From an uncultured Actinomycetes bacterium (GTDB lineage: Bacteria; Actinomycetota; UBA4738; HRBIN12): a stretch of DNA of 64,000 nt. The notes beneath the pieces are model-generated. The model did not search any database and was not told the DNA's origin. It saw nothing but the letters and a program-made list of their open reading frames with translations. Each line of letters starts with the position of its first letter. Position 1 is the stretch's first letter. The DNA lies in assembly GCA_963704885.1 (NCBI GenBank), contig CAVPIB010000001.1, forward strand, positions 512,001-576,000, given 5' to 3'. Positions 21,326 to 31,905 of this stretch are shown here, one piece after another. The position numbers and the translations under genes are program-made.

Positions 21326-21961
21326 TTACTCGATCAGGCGGCGGCGAAGAGCCTCGGCCACGGCGGCGGTTCGGTCCGACGCACCGAGCTTCTCGAAGAT
21401 GTGCTCGAGGTGTGTCTTGACCGTGTCGGGGGAGATGTAGAGGCGCTCGGCGATGTCGCGGTTGGTGTGGCCGAACGCCAGCAGCTGCAGGACTTCGATC
21501 TCGCGTGCGGTCAGGGTCTCGGCGCGGCGATCGCGCTCCTTCGCGGTGGAGAGCTCTTCGGCGAGTGCCACCACCAGCTGGGGGTCGATCACCATGTTGC
21601 CGCCGGCCACCAGCCGCACGGTCTGGATCAGGTGCTCGGCGTCGCGCGCCTTGAGCACGTAGCCACGGGCGCCGGAGCGCACCGCCTCCACCACGAACTG
21701 ACGGTCGTCGTAAGCGGTGAGCATGATCACGCCGACGTTCGGGAAGCGATCGCGGATCTCGCGGGCAGCCTCCAGGCCATCCATCTCCGGCATCCGGATG
21801 TCCACGAGGGCGATGTCGGGTCCCTCGTCCTCGATCAGCTTCAGGAGCTCTCGGCCGTCGGAGGCCTCCCCGACGACCTCGATGCCTTCCGCCATGTCGA
21901 GGTAACGCCTCAGTCCTTGGCGCACCAGCGAATGGTCGTCGGCGATGGCTACCTTGATCAT
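21326..21961 (-). CDS. NarL/LuxR-family response regulator
   Basis: ADDH, DIRMP, LTAREIEVL HTH. Confidence 0.93.
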   Translation of the reverse strand: MIKVAIADDHSLVRQGLRRYLDMAEGIEVVGEASDGRELLKLIEDEGPDIALVDIRMPEMDGLEAAREIRDRFPNVGVIMLTAYDDRQFVVEAVRSGARGYVLKARDAEHLIQTVRLVAGGNMVIDPQLVVALAEELSTAKERDRRAETLTAREIEVLQLLAFGHTNRDIAERLYISPDTVKTHLEHIFEKLGASDRTAAVAEALRRRLIE

Positions 21962-22031
21962 GCCCCGTCCTCCGTCCGCGTTCGGACCCCCATCGCGGCC
22001 CGCCCCATCCTAAACGGTCCCGGACCCCGGT

Positions 22032-23201
22032 TCAGAAGATGTACCACCAGTTCATGAACAGGGTCGCCGACAGGCCGAGCCCCGCCGCGAAGCAGGCTAC
22101 GACCGCCGTCGACGGAAGCCGGTGCCGTTCGGTGGCGTCGGCGATCACCCAGAACGCGGGGAAGATCACCGCAACGAACCGCGGCACCGAGAGCAGCGGC
22201 CTGGGCTCGAACGGGTAGGAGAGCGGGATCAGCAGACACCCCAGCGCGTAGATCAGGTAGGGCAGCGGCAGCCGGCGCCAGCCGACCGCCAACGCGACGA
22301 TCACCACGCCGGCGACCAGCAGGTCGATGATCCAGTACGCGGGGTCAACGACGCCGAAGCCCCCGAAAGCCATCAGCGTTGCGCGCCAGAGCGACACCAG
22401 TGGGAACGCGACGACACGCTGCCAGTTCTCCTGGGCGCGAAGCGGGGCGAGTGCCTCGCCGTGGGCGATGCCCCACCAGGCGAAGTACGCGATCGGCCCG
22501 AGCGCCACGGCGATCGCCGATGCCACCCGAGGACCCAGCCGCCCCCCGTTGGCGCGGTATCGGTCGAACGCCATGATCAGGAGCGCCGGGACGAGCACGA
22601 TGCCGATGCTCCTCGTCAGCGCCGCAAGCGCCCCGGCAAGTGCGGCGCTCGGCCATCGGTCGAGCCTCGCCTGCCGGAAGGCGAGCAGCGACAGCAACAG
22701 GAACAACGATTCGCTGTAGGGCGCCAGGAAGAAGAACGCCGATGGGAACACCGCCAGGTAGACGATCGTGCGCCGCGCGACCGCCTCGGAGAACTCGCGG
22801 ACGGTGAGGTCGTAAAGGACGAGCAGCGAGCCGAAGAACGCGGCGTTCGACACGAGGGTCGCGGCCAGCAGCGGATGACCGCCCACGGTCCACGACACCA
22901 CCCGCACCACGAGCGGGTATAGCGGGAAGAACGCGGCGCTCCCGTCGGTCGCCTCGTACCCGGATGTAGCGATCCGCAGGAACCACAGGGCATCCTGCCT
23001 CTCCATGGCGGTGAACACGCCGCCCCATCCCTGGTCGATCGATCCAGCCAGCCACCCGGGGACGTCGACGCCCTCGCGGGCCGGGATCACGCCCATCGCG
23101 ATCGCGGCCAAGATCACCAGCCCCACCCGCAGAGCGATGAACGTGATGAGGCAGGGACGGAGCCCGTCGCGCAGGCGCGGCTCAGCGACCACGTCGGTCA
23201 T
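22032..23201 (-). CDS. GT-C mannosyltransferase (PIG-V-like)
   Basis: DALWFLRIA, AFFPLYP, YSESLFL. Confidence 0.82.
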   Translation of the reverse strand: MTDVVAEPRLRDGLRPCLITFIALRVGLVILAAIAMGVIPAREGVDVPGWLAGSIDQGWGGVFTAMERQDALWFLRIATSGYEATDGSAAFFPLYPLVVRVVSWTVGGHPLLAATLVSNAAFFGSLLVLYDLTVREFSEAVARRTIVYLAVFPSAFFFLAPYSESLFLLLSLLAFRQARLDRWPSAALAGALAALTRSIGIVLVPALLIMAFDRYRANGGRLGPRVASAIAVALGPIAYFAWWGIAHGEALAPLRAQENWQRVVAFPLVSLWRATLMAFGGFGVVDPAYWIIDLLVAGVVIVALAVGWRRLPLPYLIYALGCLLIPLSYPFEPRPLLSVPRFVAVIFPAFWVIADATERHRLPSTAVVACFAAGLGLSATLFMNWWYIF

Positions 23202-24433
23202 GTAGGCCCCTCAGCCGCGGCCGACGTGGCGGGCTCGGCCGCGGGAAGCTCCACCCAGCCGAGCCTCGGCGCCGGTCGGCGTACCCACGTGACCAGGCAC
23301 CACACCAGGATCAGCGTCCGCACCGCGATCGCGATCTCGAAAGCACCGAACGGCAGTCCACCGAAGCCGGAGAGCTGTCCGAAGAACGAGAATCGCGTGA
23401 TGAAGACGGCGACGTCGGCGGCCTCGAACACCACGTACTGCCGCAGATCGATGGACCCGAGGGCGAATAGCGGCAGGAGCCAAAGGCCGTACTGCGGCGA
23501 GTAGACCTTGTTGGAGAGCAGGAAGAGCACCAGCATGGGAAACGCCAGCGCCCATCGGGAGAAGTCAGGCTCCCGCCGCGCCTTCCATACCCATATGCCG
23601 GCGAACGACGCGATGAAGATCACCAGCGAGAAGGCATTGATGCGCGCCGTTTGTCCGCAGACGGCCGATAGGTGGAAGTGCTCACATCCGATGTACCAGA
23701 GGCTGTCCCAATCCGCCGGTCGCTCGGAGTTGAAGCGGAAGAACTCCCACCAGCTGGACGGGGACGCCGCGGCGAAAGGCACGTTCACCAGCAGCCACGT
23801 CCCCGCGGCGGACCAGCCGATCCTGATCGCGCCGTCCGGTTCGCGGTCGTGGAGGCGTGCCGCTATCAGCGGGATCAACAGCAGCGCCGGGTAGAACTTG
23901 GAGGCGGCTCCCAGGCCGAGCAGGACGCCGGCCCAGCCGTCGCGTCGCCGGGCGAACGCCAGCAACCCGCCCGTGGCAAGCGCCACCGCGAACAGGTCCC
24001 AGTTCATGAATCCGTAGATGATCAGCGTGGGGGCGAGCGCGAACCACAGCGGCTTGCCACCGAGCATGTATAGGCATGTGGCGATCGCGGCGGCACAGAC
24101 CCACAGCAAGAGCACGTTAGCCATGAAGAAGCCGGTCGTGGCCTCGCCACCGATCCACCCGGCTGCCCGCATGAGATACATGGTGAGGACCGGGTACTCG
24201 TCGCACTGCCCATCCGCCTCCGAGCACGGCTGCAGGAACGGCAACCGCCCGCCCGCGAGCTGCTCAGTGTCGAGCAGCGGCACGATGTCTGAGTAGCAGA
24301 GCCGGGTGTACTGGCGCCCGTCCGCCCAGTCGCCCGCCGCGCACGGCGCCTTCAGCGCGACGCCGGCGACGAGCGACCCCAGCAGGCACATCAGCACCAT
24401 GAGCAGGCTGACCGGCCGCGACGCGCGCTCCAC
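23198..24433 (-). CDS. Glycosyltransferase family 87 membrane protein
   Basis: CYSDI, EYPVL, NWDL, KFYP, NKVYSPQY; GTG start inferred from a TACGAT -10 box. Confidence 0.85.
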   Translation of the reverse strand: MERASRPVSLLMVLMCLLGSLVAGVALKAPCAAGDWADGRQYTRLCYSDIVPLLDTEQLAGGRLPFLQPCSEADGQCDEYPVLTMYLMRAAGWIGGEATTGFFMANVLLLWVCAAAIATCLYMLGGKPLWFALAPTLIIYGFMNWDLFAVALATGGLLAFARRRDGWAGVLLGLGAASKFYPALLLIPLIAARLHDREPDGAIRIGWSAAGTWLLVNVPFAAASPSSWWEFFRFNSERPADWDSLWYIGCEHFHLSAVCGQTARINAFSLVIFIASFAGIWVWKARREPDFSRWALAFPMLVLFLLSNKVYSPQYGLWLLPLFALGSIDLRQYVVFEAADVAVFITRFSFFGQLSGFGGLPFGAFEIAIAVRTLILVWCLVTWVRRPAPRLGWVELPAAEPATSAAAEGPT

Positions 24434-24499
24434 GCGGGGCATCGTAGCCCGGCCCAGCCGCGTGGACCGTGCGAGCTAACACTCGTAGAGTGGTTGGTC

Positions 24500-25210
24500 G
24501 TGAGATACCGGGTGGAACAACTCGCGTCCGTGTGCGGCGTCTCCGTCGACACGGTCCGCTACTACCAGACGCTCGGGCTGCTTCCCGCGCCGGTCCGTGA
24601 GGGCCGAGTGGCCTGGTACGGCGCAGAGCACGCCGAGCGGATCCGAGAGATACGGTCTCTGCAGAGTAAGGGTCTGACGCTTGCCGCCATCCGCAGGGTG
24701 GTGCAGGGGGAGCTGGGACCGGCGGATGCGGATCTGGCGGCAGCGGTGGCCTCCGCGCGAGGAGTCGATGGCGACGAGTTCCTGACGCTGGAGCAGTTCG
24801 CCGATCGGAGCGGCGTGCCGGCCTCGTTGATCCAGGCGGTCGAACGCGAAGGGATCAGGTTGGGCCGTCCCGTGGATGGCGAGGAGCGGTACACGGAAGC
24901 CGACATCTCTCTCGTGCGGACCGCGCTGCGCCTGCTGGAGTTCGGGCTCCCGCTCGTCGATCTGTTGGCGCTGGCCCGCGATGCCGACGAGGCGATGCGA
25001 GGGCTCGCCGAGCGGGCGGTCGAGCTGTTCGACGAGCACGTGCGTAAGCCGATCCGCGACACGGCCGGCTCGGACCCGGCGGCGGCCGAGCAGATGGTGA
25101 CGGCGTTCGATCAGCTGCTGCCCGCAGTAACCGACCTCGTGTCGCATCATTTCCGGCGGGTGTTGTTGGAGGCGGCGGAGGAGCAGATCGAGGTCGGGTC
25201 GGCCCCGTGA
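24500..25210 (+). CDS. MerR-family regulator with duplicated HTH
   Basis: VSVDTVRYYQTLGLL; second HTH LTLEQFADRSGVP; overlaps the menG start. Confidence 0.85.
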   Translation: MRYRVEQLASVCGVSVDTVRYYQTLGLLPAPVREGRVAWYGAEHAERIREIRSLQSKGLTLAAIRRVVQGELGPADADLAAAVASARGVDGDEFLTLEQFADRSGVPASLIQAVEREGIRLGRPVDGEERYTEADISLVRTALRLLEFGLPLVDLLALARDADEAMRGLAERAVELFDEHVRKPIRDTAGSDPAAAEQMVTAFDQLLPAVTDLVSHHFRRVLLEAAEEQIEVGSAP

Positions 25211-25905
25211 CCCGATCCTCCGAGTTGCCGCTGCCGGAGGGCGAGGAGAAGGCTCTCGCGGTTCGATCGTTGTTCGACAAGATCTCGGGGCGCTACGACC
25301 TGGTGAACCGCGTCATGACCTTCGGCATGGATCGAGGGTGGCGGCGTCGGGCCGTCCGGTCGCTGCGGCTGCCGGGTGGGGCGCTCGTGCTGGATCTGGC
25401 ATGCGGTACGGGAGACCTCTGTACCGAGTTGCAGCGCAACGGCTATCGAGTTGTGGGGTACGACTTCTCTCACGGGATGCTGGTCGCCGCGACCACATCC
25501 GCGCTGCTCGTGGAGGCAGACGTCCTGCGCCTGCCGGTGCGTGATGGCGCGGCCGACGGTGTCACGTGCGGGTTCGCGTTGCGCAACGTGGTGGATCTCG
25601 GCGCGTTCTTCACCGAGCTCGCCCGGGTCGTGCGCCCGGGTGGCCGGATCTCGCTTCTGGACGCGAGCGAGCCCGAGAACCGTGTGATGCGCGCCGGACA
25701 CGGCGTGTACTTCCGCCAGGTCGTGCCTCGGATCGGTGGTCTGCTGTCAGACGCCGGCGCGTACGCCTATCTCCCGAGGTCCATGGCATACCTCCCGCCG
25801 CCCGCTGAGATGGTGGCGATGCTCGTGGCATCGGGGTTCCCCGACGCCGAGCGGGTACAGCTGTCGGGTGGGATCACGCAGCTGCTGGTCGGGACCCGAC
25901 GGTGA
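25207..25905 (+). CDS. menG: Demethylmenaquinone methyltransferase UbiE/MenG
   Basis: RYDLVNRVMTFGMD..WR, LDLACGTGD, FALRNV. Confidence 0.88.
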   Translation: MTRSSELPLPEGEEKALAVRSLFDKISGRYDLVNRVMTFGMDRGWRRRAVRSLRLPGGALVLDLACGTGDLCTELQRNGYRVVGYDFSHGMLVAATTSALLVEADVLRLPVRDGAADGVTCGFALRNVVDLGAFFTELARVVRPGGRISLLDASEPENRVMRAGHGVYFRQVVPRIGGLLSDAGAYAYLPRSMAYLPPPAEMVAMLVASGFPDAERVQLSGGITQLLVGTRR

Positions 25906-27154
25906 CCGACCCACTCGACCGGGTGCGCGCCGAGCGCCTTGGTCCCGCGTTCGATCTCCTTGCGGGTTATGGGCCCGGCGGCTTCTACATGGAGCGAGCT
26001 GGTATCGGAGTGGCGGGCACACCGTTCCCCGGAACACGACCGTGGACCATGCGGCTGGCGGATACGGAAGCCACGACGGTGGGGGAGATCTTCTCTGAGA
26101 TAGACCTTGGCGGTCTCGACCCGTCCGCTCCTCCCCCGCTCCTCGTCGGGTCGGTGCCGTTCGATCCCGCGCTGGGTGGCAGGTTCATGTTCCCCGCCCG
26201 GACGGTTCGGCGCGACAGGGAAGGCGAGACGTGGTCGCTCGAGTTGGTGCGCCTGGGGGCAGCTCGGCCCGAAGAACACCCGGGCGGTGCGCCGTCGGCG
26301 TCGCCGAGCGAGCCCTTCTCAGGGATGCAGCTCTTCAACGAACCCTCCGTGGAGCTGTATCGAGGAGGCCGTGGCCGGTGCGGTGCAGGAGATCCACCAA
26401 GGCACGCTCCGCAAAGTGGTGCTGGCGCGTACTCTGCGCGTCGAGGCGGGACGCGCGCTCGACCCCACGCAACTGCTGCAGCGTCTGCGAGCGGTCGAGC
26501 CCGAGTGCTACGCCTTCGCCATGGACCTGGATGAGGGTCGAACGATCGTGGGCGCAAGTCCCGAGCTGCTGGTCTCGCGGTCGGGTCTCGAGGTGCGTGC
26601 CAATCCGCTGGCCGGGTCGGCCCCACGCGCGGGTGATCCGGATCAAGATCGCGCGAACGCGGAAGCGCTGGGTTCGTCCGCGAAGGACCGCCAGGAGCAC
26701 GCGATCGTGGTCGAGGCCGTGTTCCGTGCGCTGCAACCGCTCTGCGACGACCTTCGCCACGACCCGGAGCCCACGCTGCTTCCCACCGCCAACGTCTGGC
26801 ATCTGTCCACCAGGTTCCGTGGAACGCTGCGGGATCCGGCGGTCTCGTCTCTGGACCTGGTGCGAGCGCTCCATCCAACCCCGGCCGTGTGCGGCGATCC
26901 GCGGGACCGCGCGATGCGGATGATCCGCGACCTGGAACCGGTGCCACGTGACCATTACGCGGGCGCGGTCGGGTGGATGGACGCGAACGGCGACGGGGTG
27001 TGGGCACTCGCGCTCCGCTGTGCCGAGCTGCGACGGCGAGACGGCGCGGCTCTTCGCAGGCGCCGGGATCGTGGCCGACTCCGAGCCGGCGCTCGAGCTG
27101 GAAGAGACCGAGCGCAAGTTCAGGGCGTTCCTGGATTCGCTCCGCTGGGGGTAG
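25902..27154 (+). CDS. menF: Isochorismate synthase (frameshifts near 26361 and 27031)
   Basis: KVVLAR, GASPELL, LAGS, EH, LHPTPAVCG, YAGAVGW, AGAGIVADS. Confidence 0.82.
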
Positions 27155-27159
27155 GTCGC

Positions 27160-28209
27160 ATGCCGACGCCGGCGACGACGATCGAGGTCGAGGGCCGCGA
27201 CATCCGCGTCTCGAACCCGGACAAGGTGCTGTTCCCGGCGATCGGCGTCACGAAGATGGAGCTGGTCGAGTACTACCTGACGGTGGCCGACGCGGCGCTG
27301 ATCGGGTGCCGCGACCGCCCGACGATCATGCATCGGTTCCCCAACGGCGTGGACGGCGAGCCCTTCTATCAGAAGCGCGTACCGACCCAGCGGCCACCGT
27401 GGGTGCAGACCGCGACGATCACGTTCCCGAGCGGCCGACACGCCGAGATGGTCGCGCCGGAGGACGTCGCACACCTGGCGTGGATGGCGAACCTCGCTTG
27501 CCTCGACCTGAACCCCTGGCCGGTGCGGCGCGACGACGTCGATCACCCGGACGAGCTGCGGGTGGACCTGGATCCGACGCCGGATGTGCCGTGGGACGAC
27601 GTTCGCCGGATCACGCTCGTCGTCCGGGACGTGCTGGAGGAGCACGGAGCCGTCGGGTTCCCCGCGACGTCGGGCAAGCGTGGGATGCACCTTGTGGTGC
27701 CGATCGTGCGCGAGCACGGGTTCACCATGGTGCGAAAGGCGGCGCTGGCGCTGGCGCGCGAGGTCACGCGGCGCGCGCCCGGTGTCGCGACCGCGGCGTG
27801 GTGGAAGGAAGAACGGCAGGGCGTCTTCGTGGACTACAACCAGAACGCGCGCGATCGAACCGTCGCATCCGTGTACTCGGTGCGTCCGGTGCCGGATGCG
27901 CGTGTGGCGACGCCTCTCTCGTGGGACGAGGTGCCGGACGTCGACCCGTCGGTCTTCACGATCCGCACGGTCCCCGATCGCCTGGCGTCCATCGGCGACC
28001 CCGGCGCGGACGCGGATCCGGCGGAACGCTCCAGCCTGGCCGGGTTGCTGGAGCTCGCCGCGCGAGACGAGGCCGGCGGGCTGGGCGACGCTCCGTGGCC
28101 GCCGCACTTCCCCAAGGGCGACAGCGAACCGGTGCGAGTGAATCCCTCGCGTGCGCGCAAGGTGGCCGAGTGGGAGGCCTCGCGTCGCAAGGGGAAGGGC
28201 AGCGACTAG
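27160..28209 (+). CDS. Stand-alone LigD-type primase-polymerase (Prim-PolC-like)
   Basis: SNPDKVLFP, RFPNG, DELRVDLDP, TSGKRGMH, VDYNQN. Confidence 0.9.
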   Translation: MPTPATTIEVEGRDIRVSNPDKVLFPAIGVTKMELVEYYLTVADAALIGCRDRPTIMHRFPNGVDGEPFYQKRVPTQRPPWVQTATITFPSGRHAEMVAPEDVAHLAWMANLACLDLNPWPVRRDDVDHPDELRVDLDPTPDVPWDDVRRITLVVRDVLEEHGAVGFPATSGKRGMHLVVPIVREHGFTMVRKAALALAREVTRRAPGVATAAWWKEERQGVFVDYNQNARDRTVASVYSVRPVPDARVATPLSWDEVPDVDPSVFTIRTVPDRLASIGDPGADADPAERSSLAGLLELAARDEAGGLGDAPWPPHFPKGDSEPVRVNPSRARKVAEWEASRRKGKGSD

Positions 28210-29235
28210 CCCGGCGCGAGCTGTTCGAACGTGCAGCTCTTGGGGTCGCGGTCGGTGCGCCACCTGATCACCGACGCCGAGTGGCGGAACCGGCCACCCT
28301 GCAGACGCTCGTACCGCACCTCGCAGACGAGCTTCGGCTCGAGGGTCACCCACTCGGTGTCGCGGCCTCCGCTCCATCGGCTCTGCCCGCCGGGACTGCG
28401 TCCCTCACCGAAGCTCTCACCGCCGACCAGCGGCTCGAGAGTCTCGCGCAGCTCACGCCGCTCCTTCGCCCGGAACGCCGAGGTGTGGCCGACGTACTGC
28501 AGCGCGCCCTCGTCGTCGTACAGGCCCAAGCAGCAGGCTGCCCACGCCGTCTCCGTTGCGCACCAGCCGATAACCGCCGACCACGCAGTCGGCGGTGCGG
28601 TGATGCTTGACCTTGACCATGACGCGCTCGCCCTCGACGTAGCGCCGCTCGGCACGCTTGGCCACGATGCCATCCTGTCCCACGCCGTCGACGTCGGCGA
28701 ACCACCGCTCCGCCGTTTCGGTAACGGCGGTCTGGGGCGTGAGGATCAAGGCGGGGCCCGGATGCAGGCCGCCGGGCGAGTCGGGCGCCAGGTCAGCGCC
28801 GAGCCGTCGGATCAGACCTTCGAGCTCGGCGCGTCGCTCGTCGGTGGTGAGTGGGCGGACGTCACGGCCGTCGAGCTCCAGCAGATCGAAGGCGACGAGC
28901 GTGGCCGGGATCTCTCCGGCGAGCTTGTTCACCCGCGAGGCCGCCGGATGCAGCCGCAGCTGCAGCGTCTCGAAATCCATCGCGCCGCCGACGATCATCA
29001 CGATCTCGCCGTCCATCACGTACGAGGCCGAGGGTTGTGAGGCGAGCAACTCGACCAGCTCCGGGAAGTACCGGCCGAGCGGGCGATCGCCGCGCGAGTC
29101 GATCCGGACCCCGTCCGCGTCGCGCGTGACGATCGCGCGGAACCCGTCCCACTTCGGCTCGTAGCGCCAGCCGTCCCCGACGGGGAGGTCCTCCTCGGCC
29201 TTGGCGAGCATCGGACGGACCCGTCGAGCGGTCAT
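28206..29235 (-). CDS. ligC: ATP-dependent DNA ligase LigC (frameshift near 28527)
   Basis: YEPKWDGFR, DGE, AFDLL, KVKH.RTADCVVGG, GLYDD, RFRH...WRTDRDP. Confidence 0.88.
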
Positions 29236-29311
29236 CCGGGAAAGCTAGCCCATCCGCTGCATCCGGGGTCAGCGACCGAGTCGGACGGTGTCGCGGAACG
29301 GACGATCGGGA

Positions 29312-29719
29312 TCATGTGTGGCTCGGCGCTCCCTGATGGCTGCGCCGTCGGACGATCCATCGGGCGAAGAGCCACGTCCCCACCGCTCCGAAGACCGCGA
29401 TCGCGCACGCGGGCCACAGACTCTCGTTCCCGTGAACCATGATGCCCAACGCGTTGTGGCACACCGTGAGCGCTTCCACGCCGCTCACCCGGTTGCAGCT
29501 CGGGGCGACCAGCCAGAAGCCTGCGACGAAGGCGATGGTCGATGCCAGCCCCGGGATGAAGACCGAGCGATCGTGACGCCATCGCCCGAAGATCAGCATC
29601 GCCATACCGACGGCGAAGAACGGTGCGCCGATCCCGATGAGGTCGATGAACCCGAAGGCCGCGAAAACGACGGCGAATGACCAGTAGCCCACAGCCCGCG
29701 ATCGAACGTCCGGTTCCAA
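29312..29719 (-). CDS. Hypothetical membrane protein
   Basis: 4 hydrophobic segments. Confidence 0.55.
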   Translation of the reverse strand: MEPDVRSRAVGYWSFAVVFAAFGFIDLIGIGAPFFAVGMAMLIFGRWRHDRSVFIPGLASTIAFVAGFWLVAPSCNRVSGVEALTVCHNALGIMVHGNESLWPACAIAVFGAVGTWLFARWIVRRRSHQGAPSHT

Positions 29720-29738
29720 AGAAGCCTCCGACTTCGTG

Positions 29739-30098
29739 CTAGTCGTGGGTTGTTGCGTAGTCCGAGGCGCCGAGGAAGTGCAGTGAGACGTACGGCTCGT
29801 CGCCGACCACCCAGCTGTCGTGCCCGGGTGGGATCGCGAACAGATCTCCAGGCTCCATCACGAACTTCCGGCCGTCGTTCATGGAGCACATCGCGCGACC
29901 CGACACGACGAGCCCCAGATGTTCTACCTCGCAGGACGCGGTGCCGGTGATCGCACCGACGTGCTCGGACCACTTCCATCCCGGCTCGTACTTCGCGCGG
30001 CCGATGGTCATGTCGCCGATCCGCACGACCTCGAAGGTCCCCTTCTCGAACGTACGCGTCTCGTCGGGTGAATCGAACCGCTTGACCTCCAGCTCCAT
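29739..30098 (-). CDS. Cupin domain protein
   Basis: PGWKWSEHV, CEVEH, PPGHDSWVVG; RBS AGGAGG. Confidence 0.85.
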   Translation of the reverse strand: MELEVKRFDSPDETRTFEKGTFEVVRIGDMTIGRAKYEPGWKWSEHVGAITGTASCEVEHLGLVVSGRAMCSMNDGRKFVMEPGDLFAIPPGHDSWVVGDEPYVSLHFLGASDYATTHD

Positions 30099-30124
30099 CC
30101 GTCCCCTCCTTCGAGGGGTCGAGG

Positions 30125-31903
30125 CTACGCCAGCGCCGCGTCCACCGCCGCCTGAACCTCCATGTGTCGTTCTAGATTCCGGGCTCGGTCGGAGGGCACC
30201 TCGATGATGTGGACACCCCCTGCGGTCGCGGCAGCCTCTACGGCAGGGACCAGATCGGCGGCACTCTCGATCCGGGTGTGGCCCGCGTCGGCCGCGACGC
30301 AGAGCGCACCGAGGTCGAGCCCGTGCGGCGTCGCGAACAGCTCCTCGAACTCGGCCAGATCCCTCTGCGGCAAGAACGAGAACACGCCGCCTCCATCGTT
30401 GTTCGGCACCACGAAGACGGCGGCCAGGCCACGCGACGCGCTCCACAGCAGCGATCCGGCGTCGTGCAGGAGCGTCAGGTCGCCGCAGAGCGCGTACGTC
30501 GGTGTACCGGTCGCGGCCACGCCCAGCACCGTCGACACGAACCCATCGATCCCGCTGGCTCCCCGGTTGGCCAACACGCGGAGACCTTCGCGCGGCGCCA
30601 TCGAGTAGTCGAGGTCACGGATCGGCATGGATGAGCCCACCACGAGGGTGCCGCCCTCCGGGATCATCGCGGCGAGGTCGCGCGCGATGCGGAGCTCGGA
30701 GACGCTGCGATCGGCGTCGAGCACCTCGTCCATCGCGCGCCGCGCGCGCTCGTCGAGATCGTTCCACGTCTCGTTCCATCCGTCCGGTGCGGGTTCGATC
30801 CTGCGCGCCATCAACTCGGTATACGGCGGTGGCGGCACGTCGGAGCCCATCATCATGAACCCCACGGGGTCGCCCTCACGCACGATCGGGCGGCCCGCCA
30901 AACCCGCGGCCAGTCGATCGGGGTCGGCGTGGATCCGCAGCGCTGCTCGATGCTCCGGATCTGGGTCTGGGTGGAACAGATCTACGACGATGAGCCGCCC
31001 GGCTGCGGCCACTAGCGACTGGGTTGCCCGCGTGGTCGGCGTCGCCCCGACCTGTAAGACGACCTCCGGTCGATAGAGGTCGATGAACCCGCGTGATGCG
31101 ATCAGCGCCTGGCCGGCGGCGAGCGCCGTCCCCGGCCGGCGAACCCCCGACGTCGGTTCCGCCAGGACCGGCCAGCCGAGCCGACCCGCGAGCTGCGCGA
31201 TCAGTTCGGGCGCCCTCCACCAGCTGGAGCCGGCGACCACGACACCACGAGCGCCCGAGATCGCCTCGGCCACGCGATCGACATCCTCAGTGGCCGGTTC
31301 GGGATCCCTGTCGGGGCGTTCGGCGCGCCCGGGTTCGCGATCAGCCATATCCAACGGGTCGCCCGAGGGGACGAGCGGCTCCTCGAAAGGACAGTTCAGA
31401 TGGACCGGGCCGGGCTGCGGTCCTCCTGACGCCCTCACGGCCTCTCGGCCCACCCTCCGCCATGAAGCGGCGTCACCCTGAACCGACGGCACGGGAAGTT
31501 CGATGGATGCCCGCGGATACCCGCCGAACAGACCGGATTGATCGATGGTCTGGTTCGCGCCGGTGCCGCGCAGCCGTGGCGGACGGTCTGCGGTCAACAG
31601 ATAGATGGGCACGCGGGCCTGAGAGGCCTCGACCACGGCGGGGAACAGCTCCGCGGCTGCGGTCCCGCTGGTGCAGACGACCGCGACCGGGCGGCGCAGC
31701 GACTTGGCGATCCCGAGCGCGAAGAAGGAGCTCGAACGTTCGTCCAGATGCACGTGCACCTGAACACCTGGAAGGCGCGCCAGAGCCAGCGCGAGCGGGG
31801 TGGAGCGTGAGCCGGGAGAAACGCACGCGTGGCGCATCCCGCCCAAGACCAGCTCGTCCACCAGGGACATCGCGCACGCGAGGGAGATGTCACCCGTGTC
31901 CAT
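30125..31903 (-). CDS. menD: SEPHCHC synthase
   Basis: SPGSRSTPL, DERS, TSGTAAA, ANQTIDQ, NRGASGIDG, GDL..LHD. Confidence 0.93.
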   Translation of the reverse strand: MDTGDISLACAMSLVDELVLGGMRHACVSPGSRSTPLALALARLPGVQVHVHLDERSSSFFALGIAKSLRRPVAVVCTSGTAAAELFPAVVEASQARVPIYLLTADRPPRLRGTGANQTIDQSGLFGGYPRASIELPVPSVQGDAASWRRVGREAVRASGGPQPGPVHLNCPFEEPLVPSGDPLDMADREPGRAERPDRDPEPATEDVDRVAEAISGARGVVVAGSSWWRAPELIAQLAGRLGWPVLAEPTSGVRRPGTALAAGQALIASRGFIDLYRPEVVLQVGATPTTRATQSLVAAAGRLIVVDLFHPDPDPEHRAALRIHADPDRLAAGLAGRPIVREGDPVGFMMMGSDVPPPPYTELMARRIEPAPDGWNETWNDLDERARRAMDEVLDADRSVSELRIARDLAAMIPEGGTLVVGSSMPIRDLDYSMAPREGLRVLANRGASGIDGFVSTVLGVAATGTPTYALCGDLTLLHDAGSLLWSASRGLAAVFVVPNNDGGGVFSFLPQRDLAEFEELFATPHGLDLGALCVAADAGHTRIESAADLVPAVEAAATAGGVHIIEVPSDRARNLERHMEVQAAVDAALA

Positions 31904-31905
31904 CG

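Noticed and set aside
26107-28209. 700-aa isochorismate synthase-PrimPol fusion ORF
   Set aside because: Caused by the indel near 27031; the MenF C-terminus ends at 27154 in another frame and PrimPol starts at 27160.
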